Origin: a virus
IMG/VR virus record: IMGVR_UViG_3300020580_000001
Span: 1 to 64,000 of that record
Length of the DNA stretch: 64,000 nt
Reading direction: 5' to 3' (one strand)
The notes beneath the pieces were generated by a model. It worked only from the letters and a program-made list of their open reading frames with translations. It ran no database searches and was not told the origin of the DNA. Made by a program: the position numbers and the translations under genes. Numbering within the stretch: the stretch's first letter is position 1; every line of letters begins with the position of its first letter. Positions 44,793 to 55,042 of the stretch are shown here, piece after piece.

Positions 44793-45176
44793 ATGATTAT
44801 AGCCATGCTTGCCTTAATCCTCTTCGCAATCCTGTTTCCGAAGGCGCTGCGATTTCTATTTGCGCTGTTGTTCATTGGTGCTATTGTGATATCGGCGCAC
44901 GCCGAAACAAATGTTTCGTGCAACCCAGACAGCATGGTCGCTAATGGATATTTTACGCACGGGTCAATGGTATGCAATGACAACTGGCTTGACCGCCCGG
45001 CAGGCATTGCAATGGAGACACTTGCTAGACGGTGCGGCCATTTGTCAGAAGATACCCTGTTTTATCTCGCAATGAGTGGCGGAAAAGCCTTTGATAATTA
45101 TGTCGCCAAAGTAGGCAAAAAAATAGCGTGCAAGGCCTTAGATAAAGAAATGTCAATCATCGACAACGCCAACTAA
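44793..45176 (+). CDS. membrane-anchored/exported moron protein
   Basis: GGAG RBS; hydrophobic N-terminus ending SAHA; 4 Cys. Confidence 0.65.
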   Translation: MIIAMLALILFAILFPKALRFLFALLFIGAIVISAHAETNVSCNPDSMVANGYFTHGSMVCNDNWLDRPAGIAMETLARRCGHLSEDTLFYLAMSGGKAFDNYVAKVGKKIACKALDKEMSIIDNAN

Positions 45177-47119
45177 GCCGCATAGCTCGTCGTGTTCCTG
45201 ATCGAATCCGCATTGCGCGGACGACTTAATGGACGCTCTGTCTTTTCAACTGGGAAGTCGCCAGCAATGTGAATATTCACATCATTAGTTACGGCGCGGT
45301 GATCATGAATTTCATTCATTGACTGCTGCCATGGCGTTGATGGCTTGGCCCGAATTGTTTCAAGCGCCTTATGAAAATCTGATGCTGGTGGAATATGCGC
45401 AAGAGGGTTTGTAATTGGATGATGTCCGAAAGCAGCCCTCACATGCGGAATTCGCTGTCCGCTATTATCAACCAATGGCCCTTCAAAATTAGGTGTTATC
45501 ACATGTGTAGCTGATGCTAGACCAGATTCGCTTGCTCTCATAAGCTGATTGCGCGTCCTCACAAATCGTGGGTCCGTCATGGCCGCATGAATCATTTGAC
45601 GCGACTGCCCCTCCAAAGAATTCTTTGCGTAGCCATGTGCAGCTAGCCATTCCAACATTCTGGTCTTTCTGCGAAAATCGGGATTGCGTTCATTTCGAGG
45701 ATCACGCGCACCATAGATGCCAAAGCCAGTACCTTGATCGTGCACGGCATTGGGATCTAATGAAGACTCAGACATGGCTTGCCCAACCATGAGGGCCGCC
45801 GCCGCATGAATACTAGCTTCCGGTACTCCTTCCTTGCGTAGCTGATCTTTCATCGCGGCCATTGCTGTAGCAATCCTTTCTCGCGATGTTCCGCCTGTAT
45901 TTACGCCGCCAGCGTCTGCGCCGCCACCCCCTCCTCGAGCGCCGCCATGCCCAAACCTGCCGCGGCGCTGAGCGCCATGGCCGCCAGATTCCGTGCCTTC
46001 CCCTGGCCCAAAGCCGCCGCCAGCACCCCCAGCACCAGCGCCGCCGCCCAACCAACCCCGGACAGCCTCGCCGGCCGCATAGGCACCAACCCCAATGATC
46101 CCGAGCGCCGCTAGCCCCGCCAGCAACGCCGTCAGTGGCGCAAACGCGGCAATGAAGCCAGCTACCATGCTGGCCACGAACCGAACCATCACGATGCCAC
46201 TAATAAGTTCTAGGAGATGCCTTACACCGGCAAGACCGGTTCCGTCCGGCTGCCCGATGATTTTTTGTAGCCAGCCGCCGACCTCTTTTAGTGCATCCCA
46301 TAGGAACACAAAAACCGGGCCAAGTTTGGAAAGATCCGTAAAAACATGGCCGATCTGCGTAACAAGCTCTGTGAAAAACTTGACGATACGGTCGGAATCA
46401 TCATTAAGCCAGCTTGTAATCCGATCAAGAATGGCCATGAACTTGTCGAATAGCGCAGCATCGGCTTTCCGCGCGACTGTTTGAATCGCATCCGACAATG
46501 CATTATATGCGCGGGTAAGCGCTGCAGCCTTCTCGGCCTCTATGCCTAAATTGCTAGCTAATTGCTTTTCGAAATATGGACCAAAAATATCTTGCCGATG
46601 TTTTATTAAGGCATCTTCTTCAATGCTAAGCGCACTAGCCCTTGCGATCGCACGCCCCTTGCCTTCCTTGTCCGTTGCCTCATTATATTCTTTTGCGGCC
46701 TTCTCTCGTGCCTTCAGGAAGGCGCCGAAGCTATCCTTGGGATCATATTTGATGCCATATAAATTTTGTAGTTGTCTTGCGGCCGCGTCGCCAAATTTAC
46801 GAAATGTCTCGGACCAGCCCTCCCACGAGCGCTGGGCATTATCCGCCCCCTCACCGCTCTGTACTGCCGCCTTGCGCAATGCATCTATTTGTTCCGCCGA
46901 TGCGCCGGTCTTCTGCGATGCATACCATAATTCGCTAAGCGAGAATGAAATTCGCTTTGTTGCATCACTAACAATTGTCGGCAGCTCACCAATCTTTGCG
47001 CCGAATTCCTCGGCACGAGTTTGGACCCGCTTTAAGCCCTCATCAAAATCTTTGCGGCTTTTTTGATCCTGGTCGTACGCTATCTTGACCAAAAAACTTG
47101 AAAGGATATCGTCGGCCAT
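45173..47119 (-). CDS. tape-measure-like protein B with tail-lysozyme domain
   Basis: ILSSFLVKI N-terminus, helical body, TM segment, GQAMSESSLDPNAVHDQGTGFGIYG. Confidence 0.75.
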   Translation of the reverse strand: MADDILSSFLVKIAYDQDQKSRKDFDEGLKRVQTRAEEFGAKIGELPTIVSDATKRISFSLSELWYASQKTGASAEQIDALRKAAVQSGEGADNAQRSWEGWSETFRKFGDAAARQLQNLYGIKYDPKDSFGAFLKAREKAAKEYNEATDKEGKGRAIARASALSIEEDALIKHRQDIFGPYFEKQLASNLGIEAEKAAALTRAYNALSDAIQTVARKADAALFDKFMAILDRITSWLNDDSDRIVKFFTELVTQIGHVFTDLSKLGPVFVFLWDALKEVGGWLQKIIGQPDGTGLAGVRHLLELISGIVMVRFVASMVAGFIAAFAPLTALLAGLAALGIIGVGAYAAGEAVRGWLGGGAGAGGAGGGFGPGEGTESGGHGAQRRGRFGHGGARGGGGGADAGGVNTGGTSRERIATAMAAMKDQLRKEGVPEASIHAAAALMVGQAMSESSLDPNAVHDQGTGFGIYGARDPRNERNPDFRRKTRMLEWLAAHGYAKNSLEGQSRQMIHAAMTDPRFVRTRNQLMRASESGLASATHVITPNFEGPLVDNSGQRIPHVRAAFGHHPITNPLAHIPPASDFHKALETIRAKPSTPWQQSMNEIHDHRAVTNDVNIHIAGDFPVEKTERPLSRPRNADSIRNTTSYAA

Positions 47120-49053
47120 CAGGCTAGCCTATCTAACGAACGCAATGTGCCGGCATGTATGGATTTCATATGCCTTGCTATCTCGGATGCCGCGGTATGC
47201 GGATCGGTCGACGCTAGTTGTATATTTGTGACCTGCTTCCTAGATCCGATATTATTCACCCACTGCTTGCGAACTTGATGCGGATGCCCGAACGAATGCC
47301 GCAAAGGGGCTCCGTGTCTAACAAATATATCCAAGAAATCATTTAGAGTCCGCCCTTGAAGGTGGCCCTCCTTCCGCGTAATCCCATAAGCAACTTTTGC
47401 TGCAACTTCTGGATTATTTAAATCCAACTTAGCGTGCCGTGGAAGCCCCGTCCATTGCTCAACCTGACGCGCATATTCAGCCGGGTCATTGCGGTCCGCG
47501 CGTGGGGCATATTTCTTAAGCTCGCCGGCTAATGTATCAACACCCTTCATATTTGCAAACATTGTTTTGTATCGAGATAATTGTTCAATTATTGCATGCG
47601 CAGCATCCGCCGGTGTCTCAAATTTCTTAAATCCTCCTTCCTTGGCTCTAATATTGCCTAGATTAAATCCTCGAATATCACTAGCTGCACCAGCGATTGG
47701 ATGGAATGCGCCTTGTGCACCAGGAATGTTAAAATCCTGCCCTGCCCCCACGTTCTGATCGTGAGAAAATGGACCATAACCGCCTTTCTTGATGTAATCT
47801 TGCGTTCCAGGCTCTGGCATGGCAAGTAGTGGTGTGGTTGGAGCTTTCTGAGCGTGCGTTTCCTCCTTCGGCATTCCCGGATGCCAGCCGGGATGATCGA
47901 GGCCATAAGGATCGTCTCCCTCGGCCTTCCCAATGCCAGGAGTTCTATTCCAAAGCCGTTCCGCAGCAGCAGCTCCAGAGCCGCCAAGCGCATGCCCAGG
48001 ATCTCCGGCAAATGCTTCGGCGCCTTCATATGCCGCCAGAAAGGCCACGCCACCAGGCAAGAGCCGGATCAATGCGCGGATTCCAAGAAGTCCAGCAAGC
48101 TTCAGCGCCCACTTACCGGCGATGTAAACCGCCAGCGCGTCCAGCACATAGCGAACCGCATGCAAGCCACCATGCTGGCCGTCCGGCGAGCCCAGAAGTC
48201 GGTCGAGCGCCGCCGTTGTCCTATCTAGCCCGGCAGCGATTAGATGCACCGCAGGAACCGCTACAGGCTCGATGTCCCTCCAGGCAAGCACAAGCTGGTC
48301 GACAACCGTTGTTAGATCGGCAACGATCTCCTCGGAATGCTCATTGACCCACTTCGTCATGTCGTCGAGGACGATGCCATATTTGTCAAATAGCGCCGCG
48401 GCCATTTTGCGGCCAAGAGTCTCAAGCGAATCGCCAAGCGCGTCCAATGACCGGATTAGAGCAACCGCCTTCTCGGCCGCCTCCGGAAGATATTCATTGC
48501 TCTCCATCTGTTTTTGAAAATACGGATCGTAGACGGCACGGCCGCGGGCGAGAATAACATCCTCGTCCGTCTTCATCAGCTCGAGCATGCCGACCTGCAT
48601 GTCGCCATGTTTGCGGCGCTCGGCCATCGCTTTCAAATATGCTTGATGGGCGGTTGCCGCATCTTTAAAATCTTCGTCTCTCAGTCCTAATTGCCTTTTT
48701 AACACATCCTTGTATTGAGGGTATAATCTAAGCTTTTCTGAGAATTTATCAAAATCAGCGTGAAATTTCTCTAAGGTCGTGCCGGACTGCACCATCGCCT
48801 TGCCGGCGGCATCAAGAGTCCTAATCGAGACATTTGCTTTTTGGGCTTCATAATATAGCTTGCTTAATCCGGCCGCGATCTTATCCGTCGCATATACAAT
48901 TGCTGTAGCCGCCGCGGTAATTGTCGGCACAACAATGGCAACCGCCTCGGCGAGCGCATCAAATGCCTTCTCCGCCTCGCGCACTTCCGTCGAGGTCGGC
49001 CCCTTCATCGAGAGGCTGACCAAGTAATGTTCTAGTATATTAGGGGCGGCCAT
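47119..49053 (-). CDS. tape-measure-like protein A with lysozyme-like domain
   Basis: ILEHYLVSL N-terminus, paralogous body, NLGNIR...F.TP...KYAPRADRNDPAEY...KEG. Confidence 0.75.
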   Translation of the reverse strand: MAAPNILEHYLVSLSMKGPTSTEVREAEKAFDALAEAVAIVVPTITAAATAIVYATDKIAAGLSKLYYEAQKANVSIRTLDAAGKAMVQSGTTLEKFHADFDKFSEKLRLYPQYKDVLKRQLGLRDEDFKDAATAHQAYLKAMAERRKHGDMQVGMLELMKTDEDVILARGRAVYDPYFQKQMESNEYLPEAAEKAVALIRSLDALGDSLETLGRKMAAALFDKYGIVLDDMTKWVNEHSEEIVADLTTVVDQLVLAWRDIEPVAVPAVHLIAAGLDRTTAALDRLLGSPDGQHGGLHAVRYVLDALAVYIAGKWALKLAGLLGIRALIRLLPGGVAFLAAYEGAEAFAGDPGHALGGSGAAAAERLWNRTPGIGKAEGDDPYGLDHPGWHPGMPKEETHAQKAPTTPLLAMPEPGTQDYIKKGGYGPFSHDQNVGAGQDFNIPGAQGAFHPIAGAASDIRGFNLGNIRAKEGGFKKFETPADAAHAIIEQLSRYKTMFANMKGVDTLAGELKKYAPRADRNDPAEYARQVEQWTGLPRHAKLDLNNPEVAAKVAYGITRKEGHLQGRTLNDFLDIFVRHGAPLRHSFGHPHQVRKQWVNNIGSRKQVTNIQLASTDPHTAASEIARHMKSIHAGTLRSLDRLA

Positions 49054-49252
49054 CGCGCTTGTTCATCGCCTCGTGCGCCCTGAATTGATTCTCGGCGTCC
49101 GCTTCGATCGCCTCGTTCAATTCGGCAATTTTGCAAAGATCATATGTTCCATCAAACAATTCACTGAACTTAATATGCCGGCTTATAACTGGCCGCATGA
49201 TCCAATCTCGCCCATTCGGCAAAGATACAACATCATAATCTAGGTGCGGCAC
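49040..49252 (-). CDS. tail assembly chaperone, frameshift extension (GT-like)
   Basis: DWIMRPV...LFDGTYDL..IAELNEA; in -1 frame of upstream chaperone. Confidence 0.75.
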   Translation of the reverse strand: MPHLDYDVVSLPNGRDWIMRPVISRHIKFSELFDGTYDLCKIAELNEAIEADAENQFRAHEAMNKRDGRP

Positions 49253-49266
49253 ATGACTAGTAAATT

Positions 49267-49689
49267 CTAGCCTGTGCCTGGTAAAAAATTTTGGAAATTA
49301 TCCTGTAGCACAGCAATGACAATACCGCCTATTTCCATCAGGCCGATATCGTCAAACATTGGCTGGTGCGCCGCTTCATTCCATACCTTTGCCCAGCCTT
49401 TGCCTGCAACCATTTTGCGTTCGCACGAACCCATGCATACGGCAATGAGAGCATGTGTCTTCTCCCGCGGCATATCTGCTATTGAGGTTGCGATTTGCGA
49501 AACCACCTTTATTTGCAAAGTCCGTTTTGCTTCGCCAGAATCAACATCAGAGGAGGAATCTTTATCTAAGCCGATAAGATCCTTAACGCTGACCAAAAGC
49601 GGCGATAGATCGAGCATTAAATCCAATTGATCCATTGCGGACAATTTTTTATTTTTGTAAGTTATTCCATTAATCTCGAATTCAGCCAT
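49267..49689 (-). CDS. tail assembly chaperone (G-like)
   Basis: Between tube and tape measure; T TTT TTA slippery site near its end. Confidence 0.8.
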   Translation of the reverse strand: MAEFEINGITYKNKKLSAMDQLDLMLDLSPLLVSVKDLIGLDKDSSSDVDSGEAKRTLQIKVVSQIATSIADMPREKTHALIAVCMGSCERKMVAGKGWAKVWNEAAHQPMFDDIGLMEIGGIVIAVLQDNFQNFLPGTG

Positions 49690-49690
49690 A

Positions 49691-50161
49691 TCACCCCGCT
49701 AGAATTGTCGTACTACCGGGACTGCCATCTCCGAGAGTTTCGTCAATAACCCCGGCATTAAATACCCAATCAAGCATCCCTCCTTCCCTGGCATTGACAT
49801 TGTCAGGAATCTTTTTGATCGAGCACAAAAGACAAACGATCGTATCGCCACGGGTCGGATTGCGGACGGTAATCGTGCTGTTTCCGCAATTCGCGGAACT
49901 GTTCGTGGTTTGCTTATAAAGCGACGACATCAAAGAATTTGTGGGACTTGTTTTTTGTAGACGTATGGACACTGTACCTCCCTGTGCCGCATGAAGCGAG
50001 GTCATTGGTGTACCATCACAGCCCCATACGATTGTTGTCTTATCGCCTTCGAGCGCAATCGTAACTCCCTCTTCGGCAATGCCTCCTCCGGGAGATATAG
50101 AGAATGATCCGGCCGGATCGGTAATCGCGACATTGACATCTGAAAAAGAATAAGTTGCCAT
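49691..50161 (-). CDS. tail tube protein (DUF3277)
   Basis: MATYSF.DV, AEEG, G.DG..M.SLHA, LQKTSPTN. Confidence 0.85.
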   Translation of the reverse strand: MATYSFSDVNVAITDPAGSFSISPGGGIAEEGVTIALEGDKTTIVWGCDGTPMTSLHAAQGGTVSIRLQKTSPTNSLMSSLYKQTTNSSANCGNSTITVRNPTRGDTIVCLLCSIKKIPDNVNAREGGMLDWVFNAGVIDETLGDGSPGSTTILAG

Positions 50162-50165
50162 TTGA

Positions 50166-51986
50166 TTACCTATTCACGGTGATGATGACATTTACATAAT
50201 GTACGGCCCCAGCGAGCTTAATCGCGCATTGGATCGGCACCGACTTACGAGCTTCTCGATCTGCCTGTGCCTGCGTTGCTACTGGCGGCGCAAAGACGTA
50301 ATAACCAAGGGTTAACGTATCCCCGGTATTTAACTGACCGAACGGAGGTCCGGTCCATCTTCCAGGTGCCACAAGACCATTATTGACGGCTCCCTGCAAA
50401 GTATCATTGATCTCATTGACGATCTGATGCATACCTGGATCAGTTTGGGGAATTTTGGTTGGAGACTGATAAAGGAGATTATAAACATTGGTCTGCACTG
50501 CATTCGCAAGCCAATCTGTTCCGTGGACCTCGTCAAAGAAAAATCCGTTAGCCATCACGCCTTGCTGAATAATTGCAGTAGCGTTTTGGAAGTTCACGAA
50601 GACATTACAATTTTTATTGGTTAATGTCTGGGCCTGCGATTCCGTTATGAATTCTGCAACAATCCCTGGCTCTTGCTTGAATTTAAGAGTTATAACAGAA
50701 TTATTAGCACTGAAATTGACAGTGAATGCACGACCGAATACTGAAGCCGCAGAATATGGGCTGGAAGACGAATATTGCTCAAACGTACGTTTGTATCCCA
50801 ACACCTTTATGGAGCTGGCGATATCAGAGTTGTTTGTTGGATCGAGGACTCCCGGCGCCTGCGTCGAGACGCCAAATATGTGCGCCCTATTAGCGCCCTC
50901 GATATATCCAGCGACAGCAATATAGTCTGAATCGGCCGGCGGAGTTGCAGTGGCGAATGTTGCTCCGTACCACACACCGGAAAGATTATCTAGCACTCCG
51001 ATGCATGCGAGAGCCGTCTCGGGATTTACGCCGATCACCGGAGCAGAAGCAGTACTCAATGTCGTATTAGTCAACACCGAAAGGTCTGTACCGCTTCCCC
51101 CGGTCAGCGTAGCGCCTGATACCGTAGCGGCTGATGCAGCCAATGTATAGGCATTTCCAGCCGTACCAGCCAAATCCGAAACGACATAAACCTTTGTTCC
51201 GACCACATTCGGTATTGAAAGCGTCACTTTAGAAATATTAACATCTAATGACGGATTAGCAAACGCTACTAAATTAGCCATTGTTGCGGCTGTCGTGCCA
51301 CCAATCAGCACCTGATTGCCAGTCGGCCCAGAAGAAACAAATGTTACAACTGTGCCATTGATGGTAACCGAGGCACCAGCTAGTGGATTCACCGGGAAAC
51401 TAATCCATCCACTTGCGGTTGGCGCACGTGCTGCGCTTACGGAGCTTGTAACTCCGGTCGTTCCAGAAGTAATATCAAATCTTTGAATGTTGCTATTCCA
51501 AACAAATGTTGCCCCTGCCGCCAAAGTTTGCAATTCTGTTTGAATAGCCGATGCCACACCGTTGAGATTAAGCGCGCCAGTAAGTCCTATACCAGTCAAT
51601 GAGCATGGCACGCCATCAACATAAACCAAAAAACCGCCATTAGATATTGATGTGAAATTGGAGAGAAGTTGCATAGTAGGCGACATCACACCACTATGAA
51701 GAATGCCGCTTGTGGCGAATTGTGCCCAGCGGCCGATATAACAAAACGCCGGCTGTGGACTTTGTGAAAAGAAGAGATCCGCCGCTAGCCACTCTGGAGA
51801 GGTTGTGCCAAAATCGCTTGTCACACCCGCAAGCGTCGTGTAGAGACGAATACGCTCGGTCGTATCGATTACCGGCGACGAGCCAATAATCACAAGACTG
51901 CCAAAATTAGAAAACGTCGCGGCGAGTGGCGCAATATTAACTTGAACATTGACGACGTCGGAGACGTTGAGGCCCGTGGGCGCCAT
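50166..51986 (-). CDS. tail sheath protein (DUF3383)
   Basis: VVNVQV, ERIRLY, FSQSPQP...IGRW, TLKFKQEPG, KIPQTD.G, LAGAVH. Confidence 0.9.
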   Translation of the reverse strand: MAPTGLNVSDVVNVQVNIAPLAATFSNFGSLVIIGSSPVIDTTERIRLYTTLAGVTSDFGTTSPEWLAADLFFSQSPQPAFCYIGRWAQFATSGILHSGVMSPTMQLLSNFTSISNGGFLVYVDGVPCSLTGIGLTGALNLNGVASAIQTELQTLAAGATFVWNSNIQRFDITSGTTGVTSSVSAARAPTASGWISFPVNPLAGASVTINGTVVTFVSSGPTGNQVLIGGTTAATMANLVAFANPSLDVNISKVTLSIPNVVGTKVYVVSDLAGTAGNAYTLAASAATVSGATLTGGSGTDLSVLTNTTLSTASAPVIGVNPETALACIGVLDNLSGVWYGATFATATPPADSDYIAVAGYIEGANRAHIFGVSTQAPGVLDPTNNSDIASSIKVLGYKRTFEQYSSSSPYSAASVFGRAFTVNFSANNSVITLKFKQEPGIVAEFITESQAQTLTNKNCNVFVNFQNATAIIQQGVMANGFFFDEVHGTDWLANAVQTNVYNLLYQSPTKIPQTDPGMHQIVNEINDTLQGAVNNGLVAPGRWTGPPFGQLNTGDTLTLGYYVFAPPVATQAQADREARKSVPIQCAIKLAGAVHYVNVIITVNR

Positions 51987-51999
51987 GATATTTCCTTAT

Positions 52000-52033
52000 A
52001 AAAAAAGCCCCGCTTGCTTTCGCAATGGGGCTT
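52000..52033 (-). terminator. intrinsic terminator-like hairpin before sheath gene
   Basis: Minus strand AAGCCCC...GGGGCTT followed by a T-run. Confidence 0.6.
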
Positions 52034-52061
52034 AGAATTATCGATGATTGAATTTTAGCTG

Positions 52062-52691
52062 TTAAACCTGCGGGGGATTAGGCCCGGCACTGAATGCATT
52101 CGTATTGCCGGTATCGCCCTCAATCGTAATTGGAGCTGATAGAATATTGAGAACTGGATATGTGCGATCGATCTCGCGCCGGACACAAAATGTCAGATCG
52201 ACACGGCGAAACCAAACCTCATTGATCAATTCCGATGTGTTGATTATTTTGCAATCCGAAGCGACGATATTCATGTTTTGTAAAAAGAACGATTCCCGAT
52301 TTTGATCGACCGCAAGCCCGGCTCGGAACATGTTTGCATTGCCCCGTGAGTTCGGGCCATAGAAGCTCGCCATGACCTCCAGCACTTCATGACGGCGCTG
52401 CTCGTCATAGCCTTGCCCGGCCGGATCATTGGGATTGGATGGCTCGCCACGCCAATGCCGTGTATATGCGCTATATTCCGGCGTTTCGGAAAGGATGCCT
52501 ACCCCACACCAATCAACCGTTGCCTCCGGCTGCTTGGGCGACGGTGTTTGCCAGCGCGGCCGAACCATAGGCCCAGGCAGGCCTGTCATGCCAACCACGG
52601 CGCCTTGCAAAAACGCATCGAGCGCGATATCTTCGATAGGTGGCGCACTTGACGGAACAAGATAGCCGCCGGTTGAGGAATCGTTTGACAA
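52062..52691 (-). CDS. neck/tail terminator protein
   Basis: SSTGGYL, VRPRWQ...P, ASFYGP; upstream of sheath. Confidence 0.75.
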   Translation of the reverse strand: MSNDSSTGGYLVPSSAPPIEDIALDAFLQGAVVGMTGLPGPMVRPRWQTPSPKQPEATVDWCGVGILSETPEYSAYTRHWRGEPSNPNDPAGQGYDEQRRHEVLEVMASFYGPNSRGNANMFRAGLAVDQNRESFFLQNMNIVASDCKIINTSELINEVWFRRVDLTFCVRREIDRTYPVLNILSAPITIEGDTGNTNAFSAGPNPPQV

Positions 52692-52735
52692 GGCATGTCC
52701 TAAATTGATAAGGAGTGATTACAAGGATACAAAAA

Positions 52736-53026
52736 ATGAGCAAAACATCAAAAATGATCCCGATCCCCAAAGGCGCAATATTTACTATCACTACTGGAGA
52801 ATATAGTGACTATTCCGTGCATGGCGTTTTCCGAGCTAAGGAAGATATCGATGTAGAGACATTGCGTGATTTATGGATCGTGGCCCACCCAGATCAGCAA
52901 GAAGATTACCATTTTGACGAGATTAAATTCCTAGCCTCGCTTAGCGGTATCTTGGAGCCAATTGATGCATTCGAATGGCATCTGTCCAATTATTCATGTG
53001 TAAAAGAAATGAATGTATATAGATGA
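52736..53026 (+). CDS. antisense moron, hypothetical
   Basis: AAGGA RBS; TTGEYSDY motif. Confidence 0.6.
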   Translation: MSKTSKMIPIPKGAIFTITTGEYSDYSVHGVFRAKEDIDVETLRDLWIVAHPDQQEDYHFDEIKFLASLSGILEPIDAFEWHLSNYSCVKEMNVYR

Positions 53027-53037
53027 GTCGTTACTCA

Positions 53038-53253
53038 TCAGCGCTGTTGACCATGAAGACAGACTTCGTCATATAGCGCCTTATGAAGCGCCTCGCTGAG
53101 TTCCTTAGCGGTAGCCATCCATGTTGCAGATATATCTGCCTCGACATAGGCGAGCATGGCTTCGTGAACCATGCGCTGCTTCGCTTCCAATGTGGCAATT
53201 CGCTGTTCGTAATGATGAAAATCAACGAACTTGGACTGATCATGATCGATCAT
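53038..53253 (-). CDS. hypothetical protein
   Basis: ATGA coupling. Confidence 0.45.
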   Translation of the reverse strand: MIDHDQSKFVDFHHYEQRIATLEAKQRMVHEAMLAYVEADISATWMATAKELSEALHKALYDEVCLHGQQR

Positions 53254-53621
53254 GGGCTTACCACCTTCAGCACACAGAGAGCCTCAATGAACCCAGCGCC
53301 CCATCCACTCCAGTCGCCAGTTGTCTTGACTTGATATTGACGACCATGCCATGTCACAACATCTGCATCCGTGGTGCCGGCGCCGTTGGTCAATCTAAAT
53401 TTGGTAATGATGGTTATCGATCCGGAAAGCAATTCACCATCCGGCATCTTTATCAAATCAATATCGTCATTGGCGGTGACGACGCCGGATATATTATTAT
53501 AGATAACTGACGAATCGCTTGCTATCCCACCAAGCGTAATAGTCTGAGTAAATCTAGCAACCGAAAATCTGTCGGCAAAATCAGGATCTGTTAGAATATC
53601 CGTAACGTCAAGGGATGGCAT
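53250..53621 (-). CDS. head-closure/head-tail joining protein
   Basis: LDVTDILTDPDF, ADVVTWHGRQYQV, WGAGF. Confidence 0.75.
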   Translation of the reverse strand: MPSLDVTDILTDPDFADRFSVARFTQTITLGGIASDSSVIYNNISGVVTANDDIDLIKMPDGELLSGSITIITKFRLTNGAGTTDADVVTWHGRQYQVKTTGDWSGWGAGFIEALCVLKVVSP

Positions 53622-54103
53622 TATCGCACGATATAGGTAATGGCCCGCCTGAGCTGGCCAGTGTCAAGTAAGGGAGCAGTTCCGGTTCGTCCGCGAGCGC
53701 GCCGTGCCGCCAGCGTAGCTGGCTTCAATGGCTCAAACGGTCCATCTGTTATCTTCTTCTGAACCGATACTTGCGCAATAAGCCCGACCTTTTCTAGTTC
53801 CTGGTCGATTTGATCTTGCTTGCCGTGAAGCGCTAGTTGACCGGCTTTTTTCATATGAATTTCGATGTCGGCTCGCGCATTGGCAATGCCCGGATGTAAA
53901 AATGGGCGAGCAGGAATATTTTTAGCGGGAGACCCATACTCATGAACATAGCCAAGGAGTGCATTTGTCGCCACCGTTGTCTCCCCCGGTTCCGGATCGC
54001 GCGCCGCGTTGGCCGCCGGAATGCCGACAAGGACCTCGCGTTTTAAAAGTCCTTCAAGAGCTTTTCGGAATTGCGCGGTATGGCTTTTCTGTTCAATGTT
54101 CAT
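53621..54103 (-). CDS. neck/tail-completion protein
   Basis: VLVGIP, HEYGSP..NIPARPFL, PLLDTGQLRRAI. Confidence 0.8.
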   Translation of the reverse strand: MNIEQKSHTAQFRKALEGLLKREVLVGIPAANAARDPEPGETTVATNALLGYVHEYGSPAKNIPARPFLHPGIANARADIEIHMKKAGQLALHGKQDQIDQELEKVGLIAQVSVQKKITDGPFEPLKPATLAARRARGRTGTAPLLDTGQLRRAITYIVR

Positions 54104-54543
54104 GGAACAAATTGCCAGTTAGGCGTTGGCCATCTATTCAGCGCCGCTGTTTGTCTGCCAGGAAAATAGACAAACCCACCATTCGATATCATCATCCTAT
54201 AAAGGCGCTGGCCATAAGAAGTCGCATTCCACATGCCGGCCCCCGGACTCTGATTGGCCGTAGTATCATAGCCAGCATGAACTTTATCAACGCCTTTTGA
54301 ATTAAGCGGCCCTGACGACTGGCCAGGAATGCCACCATTAGCCGTAATAGCCGCATCCCGCGCGGACAATACAAGATTATGAGCAACAAAAAGCATTGCG
54401 GCTAAATCAAGTGTTACTCCGAAGCGGCATGCATTGAGTTGATTATATGCTTGTGGAATCCAGAAATTGATTTGCGCAATTGGATAAGAGGGCGTATTAA
54501 ATTCCGGGAACGCTGCGATAAAATCGGTTGCCAATATCGTCAT
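54100..54543 (-). CDS. head-tail adaptor (DUF4054)
   Basis: FIAAFPEF, LFVAHNL, WNATSYGQ. Confidence 0.85.
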   Translation of the reverse strand: MTILATDFIAAFPEFNTPSYPIAQINFWIPQAYNQLNACRFGVTLDLAAMLFVAHNLVLSARDAAITANGGIPGQSSGPLNSKGVDKVHAGYDTTANQSPGAGMWNATSYGQRLYRMMISNGGFVYFPGRQTAALNRWPTPNWQFVP

Positions 54544-55040
54544 GCAATCAATGGCCCATCATTTGGATCGATAACATGTGGAATACGTGGATCTGCGGGG
54601 ACGCGCTGACCATTCCTGATGATCTTTTCAGGATTCAGCGGCTCTAGCCCACTACGCGCGGACTTGGCATTATTTTTCGCTCTATCTTCCACATCGGCCG
54701 GTTTTTCATTAGCAAACACTAACCTATTTACAATGAAATCAGACTTCTTGTTATCTTCTAACCATGCCTTCCATATATCGATAGGCACATTATGAGTTAT
54801 CGCATATCCTCCGATAATCTGCGCTTGATCCTCGCGCCGTGTTTTTGGAGGAGTACCGAGACCATTTATCGTGACCGTCTCCGGACGTTGCTGTGCAACT
54901 TTGATTAGGCGCTTGCCGCCATCATCGTATTTCTCAACCATATCAAAAGTGCGAAGTATCAATGGAAAAGGAAGTCGCGACGCCACACTGACAGTTTGAT
55001 TTGATGAGGAAGCGATCGGAGGATTAATGCCTTGCGCCAT
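54540..55040 (-). CDS. capsid-associated hypothetical protein
   Basis: GGYAIT.NVP...W..W...SGLEPL; follows capsid gene. Confidence 0.65.
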   Translation of the reverse strand: MAQGINPPIASSSNQTVSVASRLPFPLILRTFDMVEKYDDGGKRLIKVAQQRPETVTINGLGTPPKTRREDQAQIIGGYAITHNVPIDIWKAWLEDNKKSDFIVNRLVFANEKPADVEDRAKNNAKSARSGLEPLNPEKIIRNGQRVPADPRIPHVIDPNDGPLIA

Positions 55041-55042
55041 TA

